From assembly GCA_965637545.1 (NCBI GenBank), contig OZ281501.1, positions 2,356,001-2,420,000 of the forward strand: a stretch of DNA of 64,000 nucleotides. Direction: 5' to 3'. Both the position numbers and the translations under genes were made by a program. The stretch comes from Phallusia mammillata (lineage: Eukaryota). The notes below the pieces were generated by a model that saw only the letters and a program-made list of their open reading frames with translations, made no database searches and had not been told where the DNA came from. Position 1 is the stretch's first letter. Each line of letters opens with the position of its first letter. This document shows, piece after piece, positions 1 to 11,671 of the stretch.

Positions 1-1363
1 TCAATGAATCTGTTATCATGGATGTGATACCTCCAACCATAAAAGTAATGAAGGCATATTCATGTAAATCTGAAAAAGGTTGAGACTCTTTTTAAAATGG
101 TTGGCATGCACCACATTTGATAGTTCTGTGCCCAGTTCTTATATGCTTCAATTATAATTTGGCTTTTGTTTGTCACTGCTATGGCACAGGTGATTTTAAA
201 AGCAAACAAACAATAGACTTCTTGTAGTTCTGACATGTTAAGATGCTATGCACAGTGACTGTTGAAACAAATGCATCAGCGTTACTAACAAAACATAAAA
301 TCCCACATGTAGAAACACACTAGTCTGGAATGTGATGCACTTTTACATACACACACACTCCAGCTAAACACAATTATTTCTTACTCTTACGGTTTTGTTA
401 GTTTGTGTGCAACTGTATCACATTTTTGTATTAACCACACAATTAATATTTGTTGAAAAATTTTTATACCTCCATTTTCGGTAGATGAAATAACTGACAA
501 CACAAGAAGAGCCCAGATTTCTACAAAATGTCCAGTAAGCATAACAAGTGACAACAATCGATGAAAAGGCTTTAGCTAAATAAATAAACAAGAACACTTT
601 AAGCTTTACAAGTCAGTAGCCGTAAAAAAAACAAATATATTTTTCAGAATGCAACAAAAGTGGATAATTTTAATTTGGATTGCATGTACAATACAGAAGG
701 GTGAGCCAGCAATAATTCAATTTTGTTTTTGGCAATAATATATTTTTGTTACCAATGCTGTGGCATCAAGCTGACTTTGCCTCAAATATGATCTGTACAT
801 CCACAAAGCTATCAGTCTTGGTGTTGTTGAAATTCCTATACAAGCTCTCCACACATAAGCTTGGGGTGTGAGCCCAATCGCAGCGCTGACTGTTGGTAAA
901 TAATTAGGAACCTTGAAAACACAATTATTAAAGAGATTATGTTTTGGGTTTGCATAACTGATAAAAAATGCTTTGTAAAATTATGTCACCACTTACAAAT
1001 AGTGTTTGAAAGTACTAACTTTATTTACCATTACTGCTGGCAGAATTTACATAAAATTTAAACAATATTTTAATGACTTTTATAAGACAACTACTAACAT
1101 TAAAATTGGTTTAGGTTTAGGGAGATTAAATATACAAGCAAACTGTAACGTGTTTTGACTTGTGATTTTATGTGGATATTTAAAAAAAATTCATATGGAT
1201 ATTTTGAAAAAAACAAACTTACATGACAATGGGTCCTGGTCGAAGCATCAAATGCAAACAAAAGTGACCAAACAATCGCAAATGTTAAAGCGAAAAACGG
1301 TAGCAGCACCGTAATGGTTCCGGCCGCAAACATGCTCATTCCAACCAATTCGGCTTGTTTCAT
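1..1363 (-). CDS. PGAP2: Post-GPI attachment to proteins factor 2 (Frag1/DRAM/Sfk1 family), 3' end outside the window
   Basis: Phase-consistent exons 1363-1223, 911-753, 575-470 and 69-<1 give MKQAELVG...FAIVWSLLFAFDASTRTHCH|VPNYLPTVSAAIGLTPQAYVWRACIG...|...VEIWALLVLSVISSTENG|DLHEYAFITF. This matches the PGAP2 signatures WSLLF..T.THC.VPNYLPSVS.AIG and LALLVLT.VSS.E...HE.AFI.F. Confidence 0.9.
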
Positions 1364-2053
1364 TGTAACGAGGTAATTGACGTTCAAAAGTTACTGATCA
1401 ACAGTTAACTGAACCACATACGAAAACATGGAAAGTTAACTGTTTGTTTGCAACATTTTTTGACCCAACCCAGCTGAAAGTTTGTCAACCAACCAGTATT
1501 TTTTTCGGTCCAGTGCTTTTATTAATTCATGCGTGTCTTTTTATTTGACGAAATATTTTATTACCAGTCTCCTGTTTTAAACATATTTAAACTTTATTGT
1601 TTGAAAGGCACTTTCGTTTTGATTTTGCAATTTTGACTGCAATTATGGCAATTATTTTATGTTTTGGATAACTTACCTAAAAGCTTTCTATACTGACCCT
1701 GTAATTTTAGAAGATCACGTTCCCGCCAAATACAATCAACAACAGTGAAAATTGCGATTGGAAATTGGATTTTTTTTGCGCTGTGTAGCTTAAAAAAGCA
1801 AACGGCACTGAAATTAGCAAAGCTATAAGCACAAGTAAAATCAATTGCACGGATGTAATTTGCTTGCATTTTTATGCCTCATTGAAACAGACAAAACAAA
1901 TCAGAAGGGTTTAATCAGTTCTAACTAACCTTTAATAAACAGCATATAAAATGGGATAGAAATAGTTTTTCACCTTGTAAATATAAATACATTTTTGGCA
2001 GACTTTTAGACTATTGACATTTTGTTCCAAAAGCAATTTAATTTTTAATAATC
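1364..2053. promoter_or_regulatory. Probable bidirectional promoter region between PGAP2 and RFC3
   Basis: The start codons of the two divergent genes are about 690 bp apart. No specific motif was identified. Confidence 0.5.
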
Positions 2054-5000
2054 ATGAGTTTGTGGGTTGACAAATACCGACCGAAAAGTTTGGCCAAATT
2101 GGATTATCATTTACATCAGGCTGAAAATCTGAAGATGCTTGTAAAAAATGGTGATTTTCCTCATCTGCTTGTCTATGGTCCTCCCGGAGCAGGTTAGATT
2201 TAATGTACTTTGTATGTTGTTTTGTTGTGTAATGTGTGTGAAATAAATTTTAATAAACCGTACCGTAGTTTGCGGAACATTTATTTCCAAGAGGCTCTCT
2301 TTGAAGTAGCATTTTTGCACTTGAGTACTGGAATTGTCACATTTGCATAACCTTAGGAAAGAAGACAAGAATAATGTGCCTTTTGAAAGAACTTTACGGA
2401 TCTGGTGTGGAAAAACTTCGCATAGAGAAACATATGTTTACTACACCTTCAAATAAAAAGATTGAGATTGCAACATTAGCCAGCAATTATCACATTGAAG
2501 TTACACCCAGTGATGCTGGCTTCCATGATAGGTGAGTTGATGCATTTTTTTACGAAATAAAGTGTGAGAATGGTTTAACTGTATCCGCAACTTAATTTTT
2601 GCTGTATTTTTTCTGTAGGGTTGTTATTCAAGAACTTATCAAAACTGTTGCTCAGTCAAATCCATTAGATGTTTCAACACAGCGTCACTTTAAGGTAGTA
2701 TCTTCCTTCCTAAAACGACTTGACAGTGGATGATTATGCCTTCCTCTTTCATATTAAGAGCTCATATATATTATACATATTCATGTACATATTTGGGAAA
2801 AAAGTGGTTTTACTTTTTTATGAGAAATATAAACGATTCTGGTTAGTCCATCAATAGCATAAGGATTGCAAACCGACTGAATGTTCTGATGAAGTTGTTT
2901 GTAAAACATGCATAGCAAATTGGGAAGGATGTTTAATCATTCCTATCTTGACAAATTATTCTTAAAAATAATGTTTTGTAATAGCTTGAACATGTAACTT
3001 TTTTGACTTTTGTCTATCATTATACACATTTGTTGTGACGCTTCACCCTTCCAGGTGATTGTATTGACGGAAGTTGACAGACTTTCCAAAGATGCCCAGC
3101 ATGCCTTGAGAAGAACAATGGAGAAATACATGAACTCATGCAGACTAATTTTGTATTGTAACTCTACAAGTAAGGTTAGTTAAGTCGCAACATTGTTATC
3201 TCAAAACCTCACGACCTCAAAGTCTCGAGAAAAATTACGCCATGTATCTTAAACAAAAAGTAAATGAGACACCTCTTATTACATGTATTTTTCGTTGTAA
3301 CTCACCTCTAGATTGGACTGGGCACATAACTTTCTTATTTTGCTTTCGAAACAGCGATTTTTAATTTGCGTTGCTGCTAAACTTTCACCTTTCCCAGGCA
3401 GTAGTCACACCTGGTTGCGTAAGATCTATAACAGTCGCTTTGTTTTTTGCTGGTTTGCGAGCGAGTCACTACTTGTGATCGCTACTAGAAGCGAAAAAAC
3501 GTACAAATCGGAAATAAATAGAGGAACCCTACTGTGAGCAATGAAATAGATAACCGAGCCACACTTGATTTAAAATCCAAATATCTGCTGGACATAGCAA
3601 CTTAATAACATAGGCCAGATTTGGCCAATGGGTCACAGGTTGTACAGACCTGGCCTAAACAAACTTGTTGTGTAAATTACAAATTGAAAACAATAGAAAA
3701 AATGCTGTGGTTTTTATGTGATTATAAGTATAAATATGCATTTGTATTTATAATGTATATGCCATATGTGGTTATGTAGGTAATTCCAGCTATCAGAAGC
3801 AGATGTTTGTCTATCAGGGTTCCTGCACCAAGCGAAGAGGAGATTTTAAAAATATTAACATTTGTTTGTAAAAAAGAGGGATTGACACTTCCACCGGAAC
3901 TTGGAAGAAGGTGGGAAATGATTTTGTCTTGTTAAAATAATAATGTGTTATTCATTAAAGAAATAGGCAGCTCACATATTACCTTGTTTTCAAACTCAAA
4001 ACGAGGCTGTTATTATGAGTTCAATTGAACTTTTGTTGTTTAACTGTGTCTGAAAGCGAGCTAAAACAGGTTAGCACTTTATGTTGGCAATACAAAATGA
4101 TGCCTTTGCCAAACTTGACTCTTAATGACATAAATTCAGAAAACATGGATAGTGTTACTGTGCCTACCAATTATAAATCTTGCCACCTACCAATTATTAT
4201 AGCAGGTTGTTGGTTTGTTTGCAGGATTGTAGTAGCATCAAAACGAAATCTTCGTCGTGCTTTACTGATGTGTGAAACATGCCGTGTTCAACAATATCCA
4301 TTCACAGCTGATCAGACAATCATGGAACCAGACTGGGAGGTTTGACATTAAAAAAATCACTGAAGTCTTATGCCCAGTGACTTACTGTTACATCATTTTT
4401 GTTTAGATATATTTGCGTGAAACTGCCAATGCAATTGTATCTGAACAAAGCCCAAAGCGATTACTTGAAGTTCGACAGAGATTATATGAATTGCTCACAA
4501 AATGTATACCAGCGGATGTTATAATGAAGGTATGACAGTATTCGTAGCATTGTTTTTTCACTGTTTTAAGCAGTTGTTCTTTATTTGTTGCTTTGTTCTT
4601 AAACTTTGATTTACTTAAGTATACTTATCAAGCAATATTAAGTAAATTTATTAAATATTTAAAATAGACAATTGGAAAGCAAACATTTTAAACGGTCTAA
4701 CCTCAACTAACACAAATCACATTTTTCATCTCTCATATGAACCCTACTTTGGGAAACTTAGTTTCAAACCTTACCATTTTACAAAAACACAATCTTTACA
4801 TAATAAAGCTTTGCTAACCACTAAATCCAAAGTAGGGGCTTTTAAGGTCAGGTCTTGTCAAATCTATTACTTTGTTTTATTCTTTCTCACACTGTCTCCT
4901 TAACTTATTATGGCATATAGGGAATATACAACGAACTAATGCACAACTGTGATGGGACTTTGAAAAGCGAGGTTACCCAACTTGTTGCCCAGTATGAACA

Positions 5001-5112
5001 CCGCACACACATCGGCCAAAAAGACATCTACCACATAGAAGCCTTTGTGGCTAAGTTTATGAGTGTTTACAAACAATTTCTTGAAGAGGGCTTTGATGCT
5101 ATGATGTTTTGA
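2054..5112 (+). CDS. RFC3: Replication factor C subunit 3 (clamp loader AAA+ subunit)
   Basis: Exons 2054-2192, 2357-2531, 2619-2694, 3055-3174, 3780-3910, 4225-4339, 4407-4529 and 4921-5112 are all GT-AG and in phase, giving 356 aa. Motifs include [75 protein letters not shown] and [10 protein letters not shown]. Confidence 0.97.
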
Positions 5113-5507
5113 GAACTCTGGTGGCTATTTTGTAGGTTGTCGTTTCGGCGTTTTTGTCCATGTGTTTGGTAGCATTCGTTACAGAGCGGGGTAGAAAATA
5201 GCTATCTTGTTGCTTTTTGTGAGAAAACTGGCTAATTTGGTTTTTGCTTTGACACCTTGGACAATAATTTTTGGAAAAATTTTTGCAGCACAAAATTCCC
5301 ATGTGGTTCAAAAGGTTCAAAATGCTTCTTGTGATCGTTTGCAATAAATAATTTCCTCAAACTGTACGTGGTATAGTATTCCTGAACCTAATGTTCCTGG
5401 AACTATCTCTAGCTTACAGGAATCACAGTGCACCAGGCCTTATGGAGGCGTAATACTGAGTTAGCCGATCACTAAACGTTTCCACATGACAAGGCGTAAA
5501 AAAAGCT

Positions 5508-5582
5508 AGCCTGCATGCGGGATTCGAACCCACGACAGGAGTCTTAACGGGACTCGCACACTACCAACTAAGCTACACAGAC
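5508..5582 (-). tRNA. tRNA-like element (GTT anticodon loop); tRNA pseudogene or tRNA-derived SINE head
   Basis: Minus strand reads GTCTGTGTAGCTTAGTTGGTAGTGTGCGAGTCCCGTTAAGACTCCTGTCGTGGGTTCGAATCCCGCATGCAGGCT. It has an A-box (TAGCTTAGTTGG), a B-box (GGTTCGAATCC), a perfect GAGTC/GACTC anticodon stem and a downstream T7 run. The D-stem is imperfect, position 33 is C, and there are extra bases. Confidence 0.5.
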
Positions 5583-5818
5583 CCAGTGGTGATCCTGTCG
5601 AAAGTCGATTCACAAGCACCGTTGCCTGCCTCGTATGCTGCACATGCACAGCTTCGCAGCAGAGGACTTCTGTTCATTTTAGCTTACAGGGATCGAGCAG
5701 TAAATTTCGGGCGCAGTGCGAATTTATTGCAAAGCTCGTCCGAAAGATATTGCACAGTGAAAAAGAGAAACTTTGTTGAAATAAGACATGTGGCTTCGTG
5801 ATAAACTCTTTCAAGAAG

Positions 5819-8800
5819 TCAGTCTGAAGAGGACTCTGTGTCCGGTGGAGGCGGTAGAGGGTCGTTACGTCTGTTGCCTGAAAAATATTTTCTGCTTACA
5901 TTATATCATTGTTTACAGTTTACAGTTTTTCTTTTACAGTTAAAAAAATTCTTGTAAATTGTGCTGACTTTTGTTCATGTCAGTGCACGCAGTAAACCTG
6001 CCTAAAAGCCTAAAATATGGGTATTTTTATTTTAAATCTTAGTTGTATTTGATTCTATGCGGAGGTGAGTTTCCATGCTGTGTGTTTGGGTCAGTTTGTT
6101 TGGGTTTGGTGGAATGTTTTTTATGCTATTGACAGCCCATGTATGGTTCATGAAAGCTTATATCAATGCTACATATAACTAAGCTATTGCTGCCAGGCAT
6201 AATGTATAACCAAGTATTGCTCCTCCAGCAGTTTTTATTATAAATAATCGACAAGCGACAATTGCAACAAAACAACGATAACAAAATCGTGCGGATGCAA
6301 AATCGCACCAACAGGGTTATAAAACATAATCCAATGGTGTAAATTATAAGTTCTACTTGTTCATTTGCTCCGCACGAGACCTAAAGGTTTCAAACAGTCG
6401 TGACTTACAAAGTGCAATTAGTTTGTTATTCGCCGAAAGCCTGTCCTAAACAACACTAAACCAGGCTGTGCCGTTTATAAAAATCTATAAGACGCAAAGC
6501 AAGTTATGTAAAAGGTCTTAAAACATTTGCGTCGTATAAACTTACCTGGGACACTGGGTAAAACGTCTTGTGGGTTCCGCCTAGCGGCCATTGGAGCTCC
6601 AACCGACCATAAATGTGAAGGTCCTGGATTTGACGGGACCCGAGGTAAGGGATCGCTTTTTAATCTTGACGTCCTGAGGGTAGTTTGTATATTACTCAAG
6701 GGTTTGTACTTTTTCGATCTTCAAGCTTTAGATCAGGGGTTCTTAACCTGGGGTGCACGCACCCCCAAGGGGTGCGAGAACTGTTCCTAGGGGGTGCGGG
6801 AATGCTGAATCATTAAGGTTGGTTAGGTCTATTCTATTTAAGCAATTACAGAAGGGGGAGCGAAAATTGGTTAGTGATTTGAAAGGGGGTGCGAAAATTG
6901 GTTAGTGATTTGAAAGGGGTGCAGCAAGGAAAAAAGGTTAAGAACCACTGCTTTAGATCTAAGCGTTGGGGAGGTTGCAAAACCATTAAAAGTTGTTTAC
7001 CGACAAAATAGAGTTCGAAAATAAAGTTTTATTTGTGTACTTTCAGCCCAAAAATGTGGATTTTTAGTGTGTGTCGAAATACCTCGGACAGTTGGTAAAC
7101 GGTTTTCAAATGTATCAGTGTTTCAAAAAAAGTGAGGAGATTATTTGTTCGCTAGGTGGCGGTATGGGTTTGAAATGTTCGGACAAATAAAGAAGGCAAA
7201 TTACTGAAGCGCTTGATTTGCAACAAACATAAAATCCTAATTCGGTCTTACTTTCGAAAAATAATATGTTAAACGTCGTGAAATAAATCGTCCCGAACTT
7301 CGTACATTGAAAATGTTCATAAGCCACTAAATTATACAAACAGAGTAGTCACTATCAATTATTTTCACCTTTTCCATCTTCCCTCTCTGAGTCCGTCTAA
7401 ATTCGATTTTTCCATGAACCCTACGCAACCGTTTGACATGAGAGGAAATTTCTGTGCGTTGAAACCTATCGGCATTCGTCTGTCGTGTGAAAATTTGCGG
7501 TTGGTTGTGTCCATATATTGACTGTCAGGTTGCTGCTCTCCTGTAAAACAACAACTTTTTGTCAGATTATGTTGTTGTCGTTTTTTTGTAGTTGTTGAGT
7601 AAAACATAGAATAGTTTGTAAATCCTGTAAATTGTTTTTAGTGTTGGCATTTTTATTTCGGCAAGAATTTCTAAAACCTGGTTGCCCTTTGGGTAGAAAG
7701 GGATCAAAACAACGGGTACGATGTACTGTATTAAAATTAAAGTTGTGTAGACCCATTTGTGAAAAACTGTCAAGTTTCAGTATGGTTCTCTTGAATAATC
7801 TCTTGAAAAATAAAAAGGACATGCCTCTGAATGAGTAACAATAAGGGTTTTAAATTTATTCTTCACAATTACTGCATTTTTTTGCTTCTGACAGTTATTT
7901 GAGGCAAGGGCCTTAAGAAACAACCTAAATCAGTGGTCTTCAACCTTTTTTATAGGCGACCCCAATTGAAGGGAAAATGAAATCAGAATTTACATTCGAC
8001 CCCATTTTTTTCATCACTGAGAAAAAATGTTTTAAGTAATGCTGAACGGAAAGAACTATTACATAAACTGTACATAATTACCAACAAATATGGCGATACA
8101 AAAGTATTACGGAAAAAGTTTTGTAAGGCGTTTCATTAAAGACATAAACCTAATTTTAGGAACACAAACTTTTCAAATTGTTCAACATTTAGTTTGCACT
8201 GTTAGTGAAATGGTTGCGCCTGTATACTGTCCACGAATTTTTGAAGCCGCGGCTTGACTTTGCACAAGCTTAACCGCATGTTATGATCCACTTCCAATCG
8301 ATTACGATGTTTCGTTTTTAATACACTCATTGCACTAAATCCTGCTTCACACAGCCACGTGGTTGAAAACGGGATTAGAAAAATTGGGCATAGTTGGGTA
8401 CCTTGCATAAATAACTATTCACTCGTTCTGGTGTCACCTTAAATAAGACAAACTTATAGTGTTGAGTCATAATACACATTGTCCCAACCCATTGTTACGC
8501 GATAAAGGCATTTTCTGTTTTTCCACTACCACAATTTAATTGCAACAGGAGGTAGCAAGCTGTAGTACAAAACAAGAGCAAAAATTGCGATCTGAAAGAA
8601 CATAATATTAGTTTCATTTTCTGTTATCAATTTTAAAATGCAATAAATTAAATCCGGCGACTTATTGCGACCCCAGAAAAAGTTTAGGCGACCCCACTTG
8701 GGGTCGCGACCCATAGGTTGACGACCACTGGCCTAAATGTTCAAATAGGTACAAATGCCATTTAAACTGTTTTTGCATCAATAGCTGTTTGCTGCTATTT

Positions 8801-10632
8801 TATAAAACTTTCTTTTTGTCTTCATATCGTCGTGATAGTTCATTATTAGCAAACAAATAAATAAACCTAACTGCAATAAATCATTGTACACCAAGCCCAT
8901 TAAAGACGTCATACCGAATCAAACAGGTCACCCAAGCATTCTTGATTTATAAGTGAGTCTACCGTGATCGCTTGTCTGCATGAACGCTTCAGGCCTGACC
9001 CAGTACGGTATATGTTTACTGTAGCTAACTGCAATAAAAACTTACTAAAGGCTGTATTTTAATGTCTGCAAAACTCACCTATAGTCACACTAACACTGAC
9101 TGATTGTGCGTAGTAAACTTCATACACCACAAACAACTTTTTCACATCGTCTAATTCTGGCAATCTTTTGTCCATCACTAACTTGCCCAACTCCATGCTG
9201 AGGGAAATATCAAAACACTCTGTCCCATTGATTTTAATCTTTACGGCTTTTTTGATTCCATCCTTTATTCCCGAAATTCGATAAACATACCTATAGGTAA
9301 ATTTTAGTCTTATTTCTGATTTTAGTTTAAAAACAAAACTGTGAGAAAGTTTGTGTAATACAGGGTCGGCAAACTCTGGCACGCGTGCCAAGGTTGAAAC
9401 GCGAGGTGGTTTTTAATTGCACGCCAACCGATTTGCGTGTTTATATTAAAGTAACAATTCAACCTGTTACACTGTTTGTTTTCAGTTTTTATTATGCCAT
9501 TGTTTAAAATTCAGCCCTACGTGCACAAAACACTCTGCTTTCTCTATATTATTGATATCTGCTGGTACGAACCACTATTATTTAGAAAAACGTTGGCACG
9601 CGAGGACATTGACACATGGAAATAACAAGTAAATTGGCACGCGTCGCCTAAAAGGTTGCCGACCCCTGGCGTAATACATAACAATGTCGCCATTTTAGGT
9701 CCTGCTACTGTTCTAGTTTATGGCATTAAGCTAGTTTAAAGTATATTGTAAGAGTTATTCGATAACACTTTAAGTGTAAAAAGTATATTTTTTGTGGTAA
9801 TTATTTGTGTAATTTCCTTGGAGTTTACAACTTGAATGTTACATGGCGAAGACTTAGTATGTAACTAACTTTTTGTTGAATTGATAATCCGGTACTTTTT
9901 CCGGTTTCTGCTGGAACGCAGATTTGTCCACGTGAGGCGCTGTGACACTCGTCATTGAACCGATTATTGCGTATGACGCTTTGCCACTAGATGTCCCTAG
10001 AGCACGAAACTGTGCACATACGGTTGTTGTTAGTTTCTTCTAAGAAATATTACATTTAAATAAATTTTCAAGTGTTTTTTTGATTTAAAAGTACTGAAAT
10101 CAGGCATATGTTTTATAGAATTAGTTTTATTCTAGGTAAGGTGTCGTTTTTTATGAGTTTTTTTATTGAAAAAAACACATTTCGTATGCTTTGTTTAAGT
10201 TATGATTTATTATATTTGAACATACTGATTGCTGTCCTCTTTTCACAATGACACCGAACGGTACAAAGTGATAAGCTTCATCTAGAAAAGGCACCACCAC
10301 TGGTTCACGACCCAAAAGCTGATATCCAACATAATTTCTACAAAAAAAACGCAAAACTTTCCAATACAGCTGTACAACCTGTACTTAAGTCACATACAAA
10401 AAACAAAACTTTCCAATGTAGCTAAACCTATAATCACAAACAAAAAAACAAGCACAAAAATTTCAAATGTAGTTAACTTAAATTAACACCCAAAATAACA
10501 GGCAAAACAAAGTTAACAAAACTTTACGATAGAAACCCAAAAAAATTACACCTACCTACATAGTTCCCAAGCAAGACCTGGGTCACATGAAGTTAGTTTA
10601 TCGAATATTTGTCTGGGCATTGCCTCTTCCAT
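5819..10632 (-). CDS. Gasdermin-like protein (pore-forming-domain homology) with low-complexity C-terminal extension
   Basis: Exons 10632-10556, 10337-10226, 10039-9870 and 9290-9079 chain in phase and encode REPVVVPFLDEAYHFVPFGVIVKR, KYVYRISGIKDGIKKAVKIKINGTECFDISLSMELGKL and KKLFVVYEVYYAQSVSVSV. These align by eye with GSDME/pejvakin segments ([50 protein letters not shown]). Further exons at about 9028/9024-8910, 7801-7678, 7624-7369, 6673-6546 and 5877-5819 can be joined in phase and end ...NDPLPPPPDTESSSD*. The exon-5 frame is ambiguous. Confidence 0.65.
6734..6950. mobile_element. hAT-type MITE
   Basis: TIRs CAGGGGTTCTTAACCT / AGGTTAAGAACCACTG; perfect 8-bp TSD CTTTAGAT; internal ~31-bp tandem repeat. 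Confidence 0.9.
7931..8730 (-). mobile_element. Non-autonomous hAT (Buster/Charlie-like) element with transposase C-terminal remnant
   Basis: TIRs CAGTGGTCTTCAACCT / AGGTTGACGACCACTG; TSD ACCTAAAT/GCCTAAAT. ORF 8202-8408 (LIPFSTTWLCEAGFSAMSVLKTKHRNRL...MRLSL) resembles the hAT dimerization domain. Confidence 0.9.
9361..9668. mobile_element. hAT-type MITE in gasdermin-like gene intron
   Basis: TIRs CAGGGTCGGCAAA / AAGGTTGCCGACCCCTG; TSD GTGTAATA/GCGTAATA. Confidence 0.85.
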
Positions 10633-11671
10633 GTTAATTATTGTTCTTCAGTTCGTCACCAGTGAAATACGCAAAAGTTCATCATATTAATTTAAGTCGC
10701 TTCTTTCGTTTGAGGCTGCTTTTCACAAATCATTGTGGCAAATTGTTCGGCAACAAAACAATACTGAAAACAGTTTTTTTGTATGTGAGCTAATGTAATG
10801 TCAGTACATGTATGACGTCATAATATAAACTGTGACATTATAAGAACAATTGCTACTGTATTGGCTTGTATTTAGATAGAGCTAATGTATTAAGTTGTGA
10901 TAGTGAGATTTGACAAGCTGTCAAATTTGTAAGTGTCATTTGCGTTTGATTGAACAGTTACTAGAAGTTCTGGGATATTGTTTTTCGTGTAGTTCGTACA
11001 AATGTCTTTGATCTTTTTAGGTTTTATCGCTTTAATTTCTGGTGGGTCAACAAACTGTTATTATATGTCAGTCAGCCATAGCGTGGGAATAGGTGTTGTT
11101 GCGTTGGCAGGCAGCCTAAACACGGATTAAGTTGTACTTGAAGGATTAGTGATAACTTTATGGCGTTTCTGTTGTTTTTTTAGTGTGCTCCTATTCTAAT
11201 ATTGGTAGTTTTGGTAAGACTGCATGCTTGACATTACCAAGTATTTTTGGAAAATTTTTAACAAAAACGTTTAAGTCTAATGGACATTTAGCATATAGGT
11301 TCTTTAGACGGCAACAGCCCAGGAAAATTTGTTGTTTTTGTGTCTGCCTTTTTTAAACTCTTTATTTATGATCAATTGCACAATGTAGACGGTTTTTCAT
11401 GTATTAGTTGCTGGTAGGCAAACGTTTTCGCAAAGGAAAATGTATTTTTACATCAGCATGCTTGAAAAGAAGAGAAACAAAAATATATCATTGCGATTTT
11501 TACATCATTGAAATGTTGTTATGAAGCAAATTACAATTTTTTAAGTGTTAATCAATTCCAACAATGTTGCTCGCCATTTTAAAAAAATTGACTGATGTAT
11601 AGGCAAATGTATAGCGTACACGTTTGGTAAAAGAACACCATGTATATGAAATATCACACAAACGTATACAC

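Noticed and set aside
6036-6330. Plus-strand splice-like signals and short ORFs inside the last intron of the gasdermin-like gene
   Set aside because: All frames have stops and nothing links them to another exon.
7567-7773. Hydrophobic ORF (VYTTLILIQYIVPVVLIPF) resembling a GPCR TM helix
   Set aside because: It overlaps, in another frame, the exon that chains in phase with neighbouring exons of the gasdermin-like gene, and no other GPCR helices are nearby.
8526-8714. ORF with hydrophobic end (IAIFALVLYYSLLPP) and an acceptor-like site
   Set aside because: It lies inside the hAT element 7931-8730 and starts in its terminal region.
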